From Salisapilia sapeloensis CBS 127946 (lineage: Eukaryota; Protista; Oomycota), in assembly GCA_023334545.1 (NCBI GenBank), contig JAADVB010000148.1, forward strand, positions 1 through 47,184: a stretch of 47,184 nt of DNA, in the 5' to 3' direction. Below the pieces are notes generated by a model. It saw only the letters and a list, made by a program, of their open reading frames with translations, did no database searches and had not been told where the DNA came from. The first letter of the stretch is position 1; each line of letters starts with the position of its first letter. Of the stretch, positions 22,708 to 33,480 are shown piece by piece. A program made the position numbers and the translations under genes.

Positions 22708-23865
22708 ATGACGTCCAAATACAGTCCACGGTCTACTCACAATACAAAGAGAAACAGACCTAACAGAAGCATCGACTTGTATCAATCCGCCGACATGTCC
22801 CCCACCACCGTCCCGGACGAAGTCTGGGCACGCGCCATCCACGCCGTCACAGTCGAAAAGCTCAGTCTACGCCAAGCCGCGCAGCGCTATGGCGTCCACC
22901 ACATGAGTCTCCACCGACGGGTCCGCGGCCGGTACCCGTCCCAGCCGTCGCAAACCAGCTCCGCCTACCTCACGCACGAACAGGAGCGGGAGGCCGTCAG
23001 TGTGCTGCGAGAGCAACTCGAGCACGAAGGCCAGATCACCGACGAAGACGTGCGCTTCGTCGTGCGCGCCATTGCGAGCAATAGCAACCAACGACCCATG
23101 CCAGCCGAGTTCCCTGCCGCAGGCTGGATCGCCTCCTTCCGACGAGCACACGGCCTCGTCCCACACATCTATGTCAAGCACGACGTGCCGATGGATCCCC
23201 CCATGTCTCGTCCAATGTCCACACTGGTACAATACCCAACCACGTCGGCGCCGTTGCCACCATCGGCATCGCACGCCAAGACTGATTCAAGCAGTAACAA
23301 CTCGAACTCGTCTGCAGAAGCTAGTAAAGCCCCAGCGAAGGGGTATCGCGATAGTCATGCGGTGCCAGCAGAAGACTGGGAGAAGGCCATTGCAGCCGTC
23401 AAGGAGCAGAACTTGAGCTTACGAGCGGCCGCCAAGATCTATGGAGTCCACTTTGCAGCGCTCCATCGTCGACTAAAGAAACGAGAGCAACAGGGAGGCG
23501 AGCCTCCAAACCATGAAGAGTACTTTCATCCGGATGACGAAGCAGGCATCATCCGCGTCGTCGTCGCTCGAGCCGAACTCGGTGTCTTGATGACCCAAGG
23601 CGAACTCCAGAACCTCGTGCAACGAGCAGCATTGCGGAATCTGCCGCACTTGGACACGACAGCAACGGGGAAAGTGTATTCTCGTTTCTGCAGTCGCAAC
23701 GAAGCGTCCATTCGTCACATCATTCTCGAATGGATGAACGTGAAGCCACCCGCGACGAGTGTAGCAGCAGCATCGGATGCAAACCTACCAGCAGTCTCAA
23801 CGCTCCCACCCTTGTATTCGAGACTATCATCAAGTACATGGCCACCGACGTCGAGTCCGTATTAA
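22708..23865 (+). CDS. Protein with two tandem psq-HTH + CENP-B/Tc5-type HTH modules (pogo-like DNA-binding domains, no DDE domain)
   Basis: Module 1: WARAIHAVTVEKLSLRQAAQRYGVHHMSLHRRV...LTHEQE...FPAAGWIASFRRAHGL. Module 2: WEKAIAAVKEQNLSLRAAAKIYGVHFAALHRRL...FHPDDEAGII. Start could alternatively be the ATG of MSPTT. Confidence 0.9.
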   Translation: MTSKYSPRSTHNTKRNRPNRSIDLYQSADMSPTTVPDEVWARAIHAVTVEKLSLRQAAQRYGVHHMSLHRRVRGRYPSQPSQTSSAYLTHEQEREAVSVLREQLEHEGQITDEDVRFVVRAIASNSNQRPMPAEFPAAGWIASFRRAHGLVPHIYVKHDVPMDPPMSRPMSTLVQYPTTSAPLPPSASHAKTDSSSNNSNSSAEASKAPAKGYRDSHAVPAEDWEKAIAAVKEQNLSLRAAAKIYGVHFAALHRRLKKREQQGGEPPNHEEYFHPDDEAGIIRVVVARAELGVLMTQGELQNLVQRAALRNLPHLDTTATGKVYSRFCSRNEASIRHIILEWMNVKPPATSVAAASDANLPAVSTLPPLYSRLSSSTWPPTSSPY

Positions 23866-24005
23866 GTTGCGACGGACATTGTGCTTTGCATGCAACATCA
23901 TTTTTATTGACTAGGGAGCAGACGCGATAGCATCGTAATTACAATGGAGTGTCGTGAAAGTATAATGTGTGATTCTTTACCTAGTTCACGTCGTCTGAAA
24001 TAGAC

Positions 24006-25397
24006 TTAGAGACGAGTATTCGGTAATGTCGTAGGCACACGGGACGCAAAGAATGATAAGGCAGTGGGATACGTTCTGTCAGATACATGTGGCTGGATCC
24101 TCCCTTCTGGCGTGCCATTGCCTGGTACCAATGGTGCCGGACTGTCGTGTGTCGATGGTGAACCACTTGCACTGCCTTTACTTACTCCAGTCAACGTGTC
24201 ACCGTTCGGTACAAACGGTTCTGGGGTCCTAGACGCCGGCCAGTCCTCTACAATATGCTTCAACGATCGCTCGTTCTTGGTCTGGAAGCGGATGAGGAGG
24301 TTGGCTGCTGCCTGGACCGAAATGTCCGGGAGGTTGCGCATCGCAGCGCGTTGGACGAGGTCGATGAGCTCTGCAAACGTCATCAGCACACCGATCTCGG
24401 CTCGAGCGACCACCACTCGGATGATACCTGCTTCATCGTCCGGATGGAAGTACGTCTTCACCTTGACCGTGTCATCTCGCTGCGCCCTCTTCCTCACTCG
24501 ACGATGGAGGGCTGCAAAATGGACGCCATGCATCCGAGCAGCGGCTCGAAGACTCATACCCTGCTGCTCCACGGCTGCAATCGCTCGTTCCCATGTCTCT
24601 GGTGGCACCGTCCGACTCTGACGGTACGATCGCTTCTCTTCCTTGTCATCCGCAACAGGAGACTCGCTCCGAGTCGACACACTCTGGGCTTCAGTCTGCC
24701 TTTCACTCCCGGAAGCAGTTTTCTCCAAAGGAGCTTCCTTGTTAGACGTCCCGTAAGAGTAGGGAGGAAGGTACCCGTGCGGTACCAAGTAGCGAGATGC
24801 AATGTCCGCATGGTATCCTCCTCGATTCGCATCCGTCTCGTCTCCTTCGTTGCTGCTGCCACTACGGCTCGTGCTGTCATCTACGGGTTGCCACGGACCC
24901 TTGTGTCCACGTGACATCATGCTTCCAGCCGGATTCCCAGTCTGAAGCGCGTCACGACGCACGGTTGTCTCGTGTCCATGCACACTTCCGTCTGGACTTG
25001 TGCTACTGTCCGATGCTTGGCGTCGATCCTCGCGTTCGCTCGGCATGCTGTCATTCGTGTGCGGTCCTGTCAAGTCGCTTAGGCGGTTGTCAACGCGTGC
25101 AAATCCGTTCAGACGAAGAAAGTTTTTAATCCACGACGGCGACGGGAAGTCATGAGGCAATCGCCGGTCGTCGTTGCCATTCACGACAAAGCGTACGACG
25201 TCTCGTACGTGTCTAGGCGTAAGGAATCGCTTGCGTGCGAAGTGCCCTCGTAGAATATATAGCACCTCTTGTTGCTCCCGATCGTCCAACAGCCCGAGCG
25301 TGTATGTTCCATGGCGTGCATTCCTGCGTGGACTGCGGTCGTTGAATGCGTATGCGTGCCGGCCGAGTCTACCGTCTACTTGCTCCCATTCCCTCAT
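24006..25397 (-). CDS. Paralog of the preceding gene: CENP-B-type HTH, low-complexity linker, psq-HTH + CENP-B-type HTH
   Basis: LLDDREQQEV...FPSPSWIKNFLRLNGF, then WERAIAAVEQQGMSLRAAARMHGVHFAALHRRV...YFHPDDEAGIIRVVVARAEIGVLMT. Confidence 0.88.
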   Translation of the reverse strand: MREWEQVDGRLGRHAYAFNDRSPRRNARHGTYTLGLLDDREQQEVLYILRGHFARKRFLTPRHVRDVVRFVVNGNDDRRLPHDFPSPSWIKNFLRLNGFARVDNRLSDLTGPHTNDSMPSEREDRRQASDSSTSPDGSVHGHETTVRRDALQTGNPAGSMMSRGHKGPWQPVDDSTSRSGSSNEGDETDANRGGYHADIASRYLVPHGYLPPYSYGTSNKEAPLEKTASGSERQTEAQSVSTRSESPVADDKEEKRSYRQSRTVPPETWERAIAAVEQQGMSLRAAARMHGVHFAALHRRVRKRAQRDDTVKVKTYFHPDDEAGIIRVVVARAEIGVLMTFAELIDLVQRAAMRNLPDISVQAAANLLIRFQTKNERSLKHIVEDWPASRTPEPFVPNGDTLTGVSKGSASGSPSTHDSPAPLVPGNGTPEGRIQPHVSDRTYPTALSFFASRVPTTLPNTRL

Positions 25398-25801
25398 GAA
25401 ACTAATGTGCTACTTGTTCCTAGGTACGCGTGTCTCCTAGATCTTCCTATTCGATAATGAGAGCGATCGATCGAGGGACGTCATAAAGGAACACCGACGA
25501 GTTCGTGCAAAAATGGGATATTTATCATCTTCGCCTGCGTCTTTTTTGCGTTTGGCTTGCTTTTTGTATAGGTCGCAACTTCTCTTGGTTACAGAAGGTA
25601 AGGTGCGATTTAGGCTCGTGTTGCGTTCGACTAAATTGCAACATACTGGCTGGTGGACTGCATGCGTTCGTTGGATGTCTCAACGAGTTGGACGACGGAA
25701 GCACCTAGCGCGATCGTCATAGTTAGCTCAAGACAGTCTTTCGTCTTGTACTAGTATTCGACTAGTAACTCGGCAGATGCTCCGTCAAAGCGGTTTGATC
25801 T

Positions 25802-26293
25802 TACGAGGCTCTTGAGATCAGATCTGCGAAGCCAATTGATATATCACTGAAAGTTCGCGAAGACCTCGTAGCGTTCGTGAAGGCGAGAAGGGAATATCAA
25901 GTAATCCAGTCTTGTCTTTGAACGGGAGGAAGTGACGATTTCGATGCTTGTAAATTTCCTGTTGAAATTTTTATGCAAGGTGATAAGCAAACAGACTTGG
26001 GGGTGGTAACCTCTGTGTGCTACCGACGCGATCACCAAGATCACAGCTTTATTTAGATGCTCAAACTACTGGACCTCCAAGTGCAGAAACACAATGAGAG
26101 ATGGAAAATCTGCACGTTTGATTGCCTACTGAAACTGACACTCGCCATAGCTCCACAGTGGAAAGTTGGGAATATCGCTATAGTCTTCCAAAGTATCCCA
26201 ATACCTTTTCGGCGCATCTCACATCGTCGCACAGGTTCTCATCGTCGCATAGTATCATTGTTAGCTACGCAACAAGAAACCGCTACTATATAA
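25802..26293 (+). mobile_element. Possible decayed LTR-retrotransposon (Gypsy-type) gag fragment
   Basis: One frame of 164 codons with only 2 internal stops. SAKPIDISLKVREDLVAFVKARREYQVIQSCL*TGGSDDFDA resembles, from memory, the N-terminus of oomycete Gypsy gag-like proteins. No pol or LTR is recognisable. Confidence 0.3.
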
Positions 26294-27320
26294 ATCATAG
26301 GCGAAGTATGCACTTCTAGAACAAAAATCGAGGTTTCACTTGCTTCCTGTTCGGGCGTAGAAATAGCCATGTTAATACATGACATCAGGACTGCTTTCAA
26401 TTTACAATCTTGTCTACCACGACTGCAGTCTCCTCCGTACTAGATCGTCAGACCGGTCAGCAGTTCGCTTCTGCCTATCAAGATACGACGAGTTGTAACT
26501 CGTGGAGATGAAGCTGATAGTCTATATAGAAAATTCTCGAAGTATTTATTCTATTTTCGGAATGTGTAAAGCTTCATATCGTATTCTATCGTTCTTATCA
26601 CTGTAAGCTCCCACCTCGAACGACCGTAAAGCGAGTACTCGATACGTCATGATGCGATTCTATACCTCTGGCATGGTTCTTCACGATCGGAATAGCCTAC
26701 TAGGTGAATTTATCGACAAATGAGGAAGCCTATATAAGCTTCGTGGAGAAAGTATATCTTTTTCCATGGTTTAAACGCGGACGTAACTTCGAGCATGACA
26801 TGCGCACCTGGTCAAGGCGATCAATCGAGTCCATGATAGTTGCGCGACAAAGCAATAGTATAGTGCCTTCGGTTTGTTTTCGACTTGTAATTCCATCAAA
26901 CTGAAAAAGCAAACACGGTCACTTTTCGACGTGCGTACGCCAGCTAATCCGTGATCCTATGGCATGAACGTCATTAAACAGTAGGGGGGATACGTGCCGG
27001 TGATCAACGTAGTGTCAAAGAAGAGGAAACAATGGACACTATCAAATGCGGTACAGCTATCTATAGTAGCTCACCTCTGGTAGGCTCAACCATTCCGAAA
27101 AAAGCAAGAAGCGCTTGTGTTTGCACTTCAAACGAACTTCCAAGTGTAAACTTTTATGTCGTCAATTTCTCAACCTCCCAACGACTAACTTCCACGCTCA
27201 AGCCTTCTCTTCATCTAGCTCAGATCAGAGATACATCAACAACTATGGAAATATAATTGCTAGGAGCTTATTCTGTGGAAAGAATCAGGTAGACGATACT
27301 CGTCTACTAACTCGGAGGCG

Positions 27321-28427
27321 ATGGATGGCGAGCGATGTGCCAGCAGCGATGTTGAAAATGCCATAGCAACAACGAGGAGCGAATCTTCATCCTCGAATCC
27401 ACGCCATGAAAATCAGAATGAGCAGTCGTTAAGAGGAGAGTGGGAACATATAAACTAAGTACTAGAACCGCATATCAAAGTAATCGAGTAAGATATGGAA
27501 GCGCACAATGTAATTCTGGTGACGGTCAAGTTTCTTTGTCTAGCCATTAAGAGTATGTGTGGTCGTAAGAAGATGCGGTCCAGGTCTACCAAGGAAACGG
27601 AGAGTAGCAGTTTGTCCTTGAATCCTCCACACTATGACCAACAAGATGAACAATTGACGAGGTCAAAGTGGGAGTTTCTGACTGGACTACTGCAATCGCA
27701 TGCAGAAGCAATGGAACAAGACTTGGAGGTGCTCAAGGTGACACTCTTTGCGACCAAGAATTTGCGCCTGGCGATTAAGGATATGCGAGCAAGTTTTAAG
27801 ACCGCATTCGAAGATGGCTTTTGGTTCATGGATCCGCTGTGTCGTGAGGATTGAGATATACACGCAATCAAAGAAGAGCTGAACGAGTTGAATTAATTGT
27901 TTAATTGTAGTTTATATGTACCGCCTAACGACTCAGATACTTAGAACGCGACAGTGGTGGCAATCACGAACCTATGCCAATTGAGTCGGGACGTGCATAC
28001 CCAGGAAGACGAAACGCGTATTTGGCGAAGCAAGATGCTTGCTCAGCAGGAAGAAATACGAGTCCAGGTGATTGGGATGCGTGCTCAGCAGAAGCTCGTA
28101 CGAGCAAAACTGGGTGAGATACGTGTTCATCTGAATGAACAACGAGCTCAAGTGATTGGAGTGCATTCTTCTCAGTGTCGGAAGCTTATGCAGAGATGGA
28201 AAGAGCAAGAACGGAGCGCCACTAGTCTCGAGCAACGGTGGAAAGAGCTAGGACGGAGCATTGGCATGTTGAACCGACGTGGTTTTTTAGTGCGGCTATT
28301 AAAACATAGGAGCATGATCGGAAATGGATGCTACAGGATCGCAGCATGCAGGAGATACAAAAGCACATGCTCCATTGACTCTACCAACGAGTCTACTTCC
28401 TCCAAAGTCAAGACACTGATCACTTGA
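27321..28427 (+). pseudogene. Pseudogene of a coiled-coil protein with a 228-bp internal duplication and 14-aa repeats
   Basis: A single reading frame from ATG 27321 to 28427 broken by stops at 27456, 27489, 27852, 27894, 27942. The two duplicated units align across the stops. A likely 1-nt deletion near 28280 shifts the last repeats. Confidence 0.65.
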
Positions 28428-28835
28428 CTGCCGCGCTGTAGCTTTTTTCTTTTGTATTGCACTACGTTCTTGCTAGTAAGTTTTCTTATTTGTATTCCTC
28501 TTGATGTACTCCTTGTTTTTCTTTAAACCTACGAGTACAAATGTACGCGATATCTTTGTTGTCTACTTCTCTCCATTCTCTTCTAAACCGCATTTCTCAA
28601 TCGAAAGGAGTGCTGTATCATTTGATCGATGGGCATGGCTCAGATAAGAGCGTTGAGATATTTATGTACTATCCTTTATGACCTGAATGTTTTTAAGGCA
28701 GGACGAGGATAGCAAGTGATGCTTACAGAACTGAACCATCAACTTCATGGTAAGGATCAGTAGCACGAAGGATAAAGCTGGTACTGATAAATTATGTTAG
28801 AGTAGGTCGGATAATGGTACTTGGTCTAAATTTAT

Positions 28836-29159
28836 TTATATATGTCCGACGAGAATCCGACGAAATTCTTCATGCTGCTGACATCTACGTTGTTGTTGGG
28901 CTCGGCGTTTCATTCGCGCCAACTTGCGCTGCTTTTCGAGCTTTTCAGCAGCTGCCGGATCATCCAGTAACGTAAGCGGGCTAGCCATAGGAACCATGCA
29001 GAGTGGATACCACTCGCTTAATGACCGTGTACAAGTCGTTGTATAGCCATTCCATAATGCGTTGTAGCCGCTCCAAGAGACTTCGTAGTTGCTCATTATT
29101 TGAGTAATGTCCGATGCGAAGGCCACGGAGGTGATCGTGGCCTGACAATAATATCCCAT
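28836..29159 (-). CDS. Short ORF ending in a basic coiled-coil (bZIP-basic-region-like) segment; may be truncated or decayed
   Basis: AEKLEKQRKLARMKRRAQQQRRCQQHEEFRRIL looks protein-like, but the rest of the ORF is uninformative. Confidence 0.25.
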   Translation of the reverse strand: MGYYCQATITSVAFASDITQIMSNYEVSWSGYNALWNGYTTTCTRSLSEWYPLCMVPMASPLTLLDDPAAAEKLEKQRKLARMKRRAQQQRRCQQHEEFRRILVGHI

Positions 29160-29565
29160 CGCCAGATAAGAATATCTGATCAACTTATAAATAAGCTACC
29201 CCAAGCCATACTTTCAAACTTCAATAGCTCCTACTGCAATACAAGTGTACAATCAACTAGTATTCTTTGTCATTAGGCTATGCATGTTGCCATCAAATAC
29301 TCTGCTCCTACAATGCTGCCGAGGACAGTACGTCTTTCAAAGATCTTCTCTCCTATCTTTAATACTATCGATCAACGAAAGTACCTTTGACTCATCCTAT
29401 CCGCTGATAAACCTCTGATAATAACTATACTTGTAAAAATACTACAAATCGGTTTTCACAAGTAGCCGTTTTACCCCCTATGATCGCATTTCTTTTTGAA
29501 CACCCATTCCCATCGCTCGCCAGTTATCTCCTTTCCTCCAGGCAACAAGCACATCTAGAACAAAC

Positions 29566-30555
29566 ATGAACACTGACCCACTAGCTGTATGTACCATCTC
29601 CTCTTGCTGCTTGCTTGTGAAGCTCACGTTCGGCACTATAGGATCCATCCATTGCGGCAGCACGAAACCCGACTGGAACCGCCAGCGATTCCTCTCAAGT
29701 ACAACATCCTTAGTATCAGAGTATGAGCAAACTTAACGAAGGAAAGTAGCTTCCACCGATTGGAAATGCCAAAGTTGGTGCTCTCCCAAGCGGAGACTTT
29801 AGCCTCACCGGTCAATCCGAGCTGAATGCCAACTTTGCGCATCCTTCCCAAACGAATCAACATCTACCGAACCTGATGGATGAGATCAACACTTCGTAAG
29901 CTTCTATATTTATAACCTTGATACGAATGAGATATTGAAAGTGCCGTAGGATCATGAGCGCAGATCATGAAACACTTGTCAAGCTCATGAGAGGTATTAA
30001 TCTGGCACTAGCATCCTTCACCATTGCTTCCGGTGTCCTCGCATGGATCCTGGGTGTCGTGACTGATTTTCAGAAAGTTATTGCTGGTATCTACATCATG
30101 TAAGTTTACTTGTATGCAATTGAAAGTAACTTGCTAATTTTTTCGTGGAGATTATTCGGACTGCTGCTCTTGGCCTTTGAGCTACGGTCCAAAAATGTCG
30201 ATCCGATCTTGCGTGCAAACGTCGGCTTTATGTTTGGTGACAAGACACGTACAGCCTTCCTCTTGTTGTATGCCTAGCCTTAGACGAATTGCAGGTGCAG
30301 TTGATCTGACGCTTGTGCTTGTAGTATGGCAATTTGGCCCTTGTCCATGGGCAACTTTTGGCTTACGGTGCTGGATGCAGTGCTATTGTTCATCAACGCC
30401 TTCTTCAACTATTATGTGGTCTCCCAGGTATGACAAAGTAGCTCAAGATGCAGGAAGTAAGAAAGATACTTATGTTGTGATAGCATCCTGGTTTCTCTCA
30501 TAAGCACGCGCCGTACGACGTGACGCCGGCTGGAGCTCCAAGTTCAGCGTCGTAG
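29566..30555 (+). CDS. COPI-associated / TVP15-like Golgi membrane protein, 7 exons (absent from the ORF track)
   Basis: Exons 29566-29586, 29642-29698, 29750-29895, 29950-30099, 30151-30267, 30325-30427, 30484-30555 (introns of 55, 51, 54, 51, 57, 56 nt). They give ...LMRGINLALASFTIASGVLAWIL...VIAGIYIILFGLLLLAFELRS...ANVGFMFGDKTRTAFLLFMAIWPL...AFFNYYVVSQHP, with several TM helices and the family-like FGLLLLAFE / NxGFMF pattern. Confidence 0.88.
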
Positions 30556-30871
30556 AGCGAGGGCGATTGTGACGATCACAGTATGCATATTCAAGACTAA
30601 GTAGCGAATGCGAAGACATCAACAATGGCAATTAAGTGAAATGCTGCATTCATTTCTATTGAATTTAAAAAGAATCTTGTAATGTAAGTAGCATCCCCGT
30701 GCTTCGATAGACACAGTATATACATACTAACTGTGACCTGTACTGGTTGTCATGACGAGCTAAATGTTGCCGAGTAAGGTATGTAAGAAGCAAATACTTT
30801 CAATATCACCAGGCATGCTACAAATTAAATAAAAGCTTTTTATAATATATGGATGATACATTAGATAACGA

Positions 30872-30944
30872 GTCTTCGTGGCCCAACGGATAAGGCATCC
30901 GCCTACGAAGCGGGAGATTGCGGGTTCGAATCCCGTCGAGGACT
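30872..30944 (+). tRNA. trnR-ACG: tRNA-Arg (anticodon ACG), intronless, 73 nt
   Basis: Acceptor stem GTCTTCG/CGAGGAC, D-arm GCCCAACGGATAAGGC, anticodon arm TCCGC-CTACGAA-GCGGG, T-arm GCGGG-TTCGAAT-CCCGT. Confidence 0.97.
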
Positions 30945-30946
30945 TC

Positions 30947-30952
30947 TTTTTT
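30947..30952 (+). terminator. RNA polymerase III terminator (T6) of the tRNA gene
   Basis: TTTTTT begins 3 nt after the tRNA 3' end. Confidence 0.7.
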
Positions 30953-31927
30953 CATATTTATCGATATGATGGGGATCACAGTGGATTTTGATCTATCGTG
31001 CGCTATATGCTATGTTGCTACAATAGAATTTTTAATTCATGAAGTGATGCTGTCATTAAAGCTGGGAGTACTTCTTAAAGCATAGACAAGGGCGAATGGT
31101 TTGAAAGGAATAGCCGGTCACATCCGGAATTAAAAAAGAGTTCGAACGGCTCTGCACGTCGTACCACCGTTTCAACTTCAGACACCTCAGATTAAAAAAG
31201 AGAGATCCTCTGGACTTTGCTGCAACTTCGATTAGATAGCGCTTCACCATACACGCAATGACGATAGCCTCGTAGATTTGTAGAGGATAAATGGTAGTAC
31301 ATAGGCAATAGTACTGTGAAATTTGCATTACGAAGGAAGCCGAAGTAGAAAAGTGTACTTCAGATACTCGCACAGTCATCTCCATTCAGTCGTGTTCAAA
31401 GTGGGACTGGTATCCTTTCTGTTCGACTTGGTATCCATGCTCGAGGAACACGACATCATGCTCAGTTACACCAGCAGAGGGAGCCGAACAGACCTAGACG
31501 CACGTGAGGCTATGGTGATAAATGCCTAGGGGCACATGTCCGTCATCAATCTTATTTATTGCTACGTAAATGCTTATTGCGCAATTGACATCTATCCATT
31601 TCATGTGCGTTTTTATTCGACACGTGCACACGCAAGTCTCATGCATTGGATCTGCTGGTGCATGAGATTCGGCGGAGGCAAGTCGTGCGTCGTGGGTGCC
31701 TCCCACGTATTCACATTCAGTCAATCAGTGGTCAGCATCAACTCAAATCGTTACGTACGCCTGTGGTCACGTTCCAGCTCTTCGCCTGGTCCCAGAAGGT
31801 ATTGTATGCGCCACAAGAATCCTGACGCGTACTCTCTCCAGCTCTGCCATTTACCAATTCCCTCCATCCACAATTCCGGTGCAACTTCTCGACCTGTTTG
31901 GTCGCTAAAGCGTCAAGTTTGACCAGT

Positions 31928-32509
31928 ATGGTTTCATCCGTCACTCAAAAGCCGATGCTGTCGGCACTTCAACCGCTTCGTCCAGTAACCATGGTACCTG
32001 AATGGGGATCTCTCGACCGTCAAGATGCTCTCGAAGCTCTCAAGAGAGTCGGCTACTTTCGCGTTACCAGTAAAACACTTGATGATGGACGCGAAGGTTT
32101 CGAAGTCGGTGTCTTCCTTCGCAGTCGCAAGCTCCAATTGCAAGAGTCGCACATTCCATCCACTTGGAAGCACTCGTTGATTGATAAGGACAAGGACGAA
32201 GACGCCTCTCAAATCCCTGATTTCCGAGTGTGGAAGACCAAAAAGGCTTTTAAATCTCTGCAGAAGCAATTGTCGTATGACGTCCATGTTTCGCACCGAT
32301 ACACTTATTGCTACTTTTGCTCCAACGTTGGCGAATTCATCCAGTACATTGGCTCGAGTTCGAAAGTGGAGGAAGGTTTCTACACAGACTTCTTAAACGC
32401 AGTTGTCGAATTCACACTGCGTTGGGCTGAGCATGAGCACAATGCTTGCAATGCCATGAGAAATATTCCACGCACACTGTACGACTTTATTCGAGCCGGG
32501 GATGTGTAG
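31928..32509 (+). CDS. Divergent PX-like domain protein with CxxC motif (oomycete-type family)
   Basis: FEVGVF...PDFRVWKTKKAFKSLQKQL...HRYTYCYFC...DFLNAVVEF...ACNAMRNIPRTLYDFIR follows the PX strand / R-x-x-F-x-x-L-x-x-x-L pattern. First ATG at 31928. Confidence 0.72.
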   Translation: MVSSVTQKPMLSALQPLRPVTMVPEWGSLDRQDALEALKRVGYFRVTSKTLDDGREGFEVGVFLRSRKLQLQESHIPSTWKHSLIDKDKDEDASQIPDFRVWKTKKAFKSLQKQLSYDVHVSHRYTYCYFCSNVGEFIQYIGSSSKVEEGFYTDFLNAVVEFTLRWAEHEHNACNAMRNIPRTLYDFIRAGDV

Positions 32510-32682
32510 CACCACCTACGTTTTCAACGTGACACTCGACGATGGTATTGAAGTCACGCTTCGAATGTAGTTTTGCTTTGACTGGTGCAAGTTGAAAATG
32601 AAGAATTAGTTTATTAGTTTAGCACATCACTTGTTTATCTACCATCCATCCTACCAACGAGCTATATACACTTTATCCCTTG

Positions 32683-33255
32683 CTACATCAGTCCAGTCGA
32701 CTGGTGGCGCGTTGGACGAAGGAAATCCACCATGACACTTTCGATCGATGACGTTGCGAGGCAAGACGCCTCGGCATTCTGATGGTGCACGATTTGCATT
32801 ATCGTTGCAAAGAATTTCGTCAGATGTGGTAACCTCAAATTCGGAGGGAGCATCGTAGCAACTTTATGATGGTGCTGGAGACGTTTGATAGCATCTGCAC
32901 AGTCAGCGCAGAACAAGGAACAGGCCGCACACCTTTGACAAATCTTATCGCACAAGTCCGATATGTCAGTCATGCGGCGATGGACTTGACAGTCTGGTTC
33001 TCGCTCCTTGCGAAGTTGTTTAAATTTAGCAGCAGCGTCCAATTTGGAGGCAGGAAAGTTTGGACCACCATCACCGCGCGCGCTGTAGGCCGAGTTCCAA
33101 CAACATACATCGATGACGTAGACGGTGTGCATCGAGAGCCTTTTCGACGAAGTATGGAGGTAGCTCCTGCTGGCGTAGACGTATTCGATGGACCCCAACG
33201 CATCCGAGAGCGACTCGGAGGACGTCGAAATAGGACGCATACCGTAGGTGTCCAT
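32683..33255 (-). CDS. Second divergent PX-like domain protein with CxxC motif
   Basis: TVYVIDV...PDCQVHRRMTDISDLCDKI...LFCADC...LTKFFATIM...SCLATSSIESVMVDFLR; colinear with the neighbouring gene. First ATG at 33255. Confidence 0.72.
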   Translation of the reverse strand: MDTYGMRPISTSSESLSDALGSIEYVYASRSYLHTSSKRLSMHTVYVIDVCCWNSAYSARGDGGPNFPASKLDAAAKFKQLRKEREPDCQVHRRMTDISDLCDKICQRCAACSLFCADCADAIKRLQHHHKVATMLPPNLRLPHLTKFFATIMQIVHHQNAEASCLATSSIESVMVDFLRPTRHQSTGLM

Positions 33256-33480
33256 GGGATGACGCAGATGCACAAATGTACTCGGGCTCGAGTGCTTAAG
33301 CCAGATGGAGCAAATATGATAGTGAGGAATTAACTGGATTTGCAGGAGCGATTTGTGACTGCTGGAAGGTGATTACTTTAATTTGACATCAACTGTCGCA
33401 CGGTATCACTTATAGGCGTGGTGGTGGAGGGTTGCTGGTTCTGCGGTACAAGGTTCTGGGAACGATTGAAATAGAGTATC

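Noticed and set aside
31056-31385. Protein-like minus-strand ORF downstream of the tRNA
   Set aside because: No family could be recognised and no splice partners were found; left unannotated.
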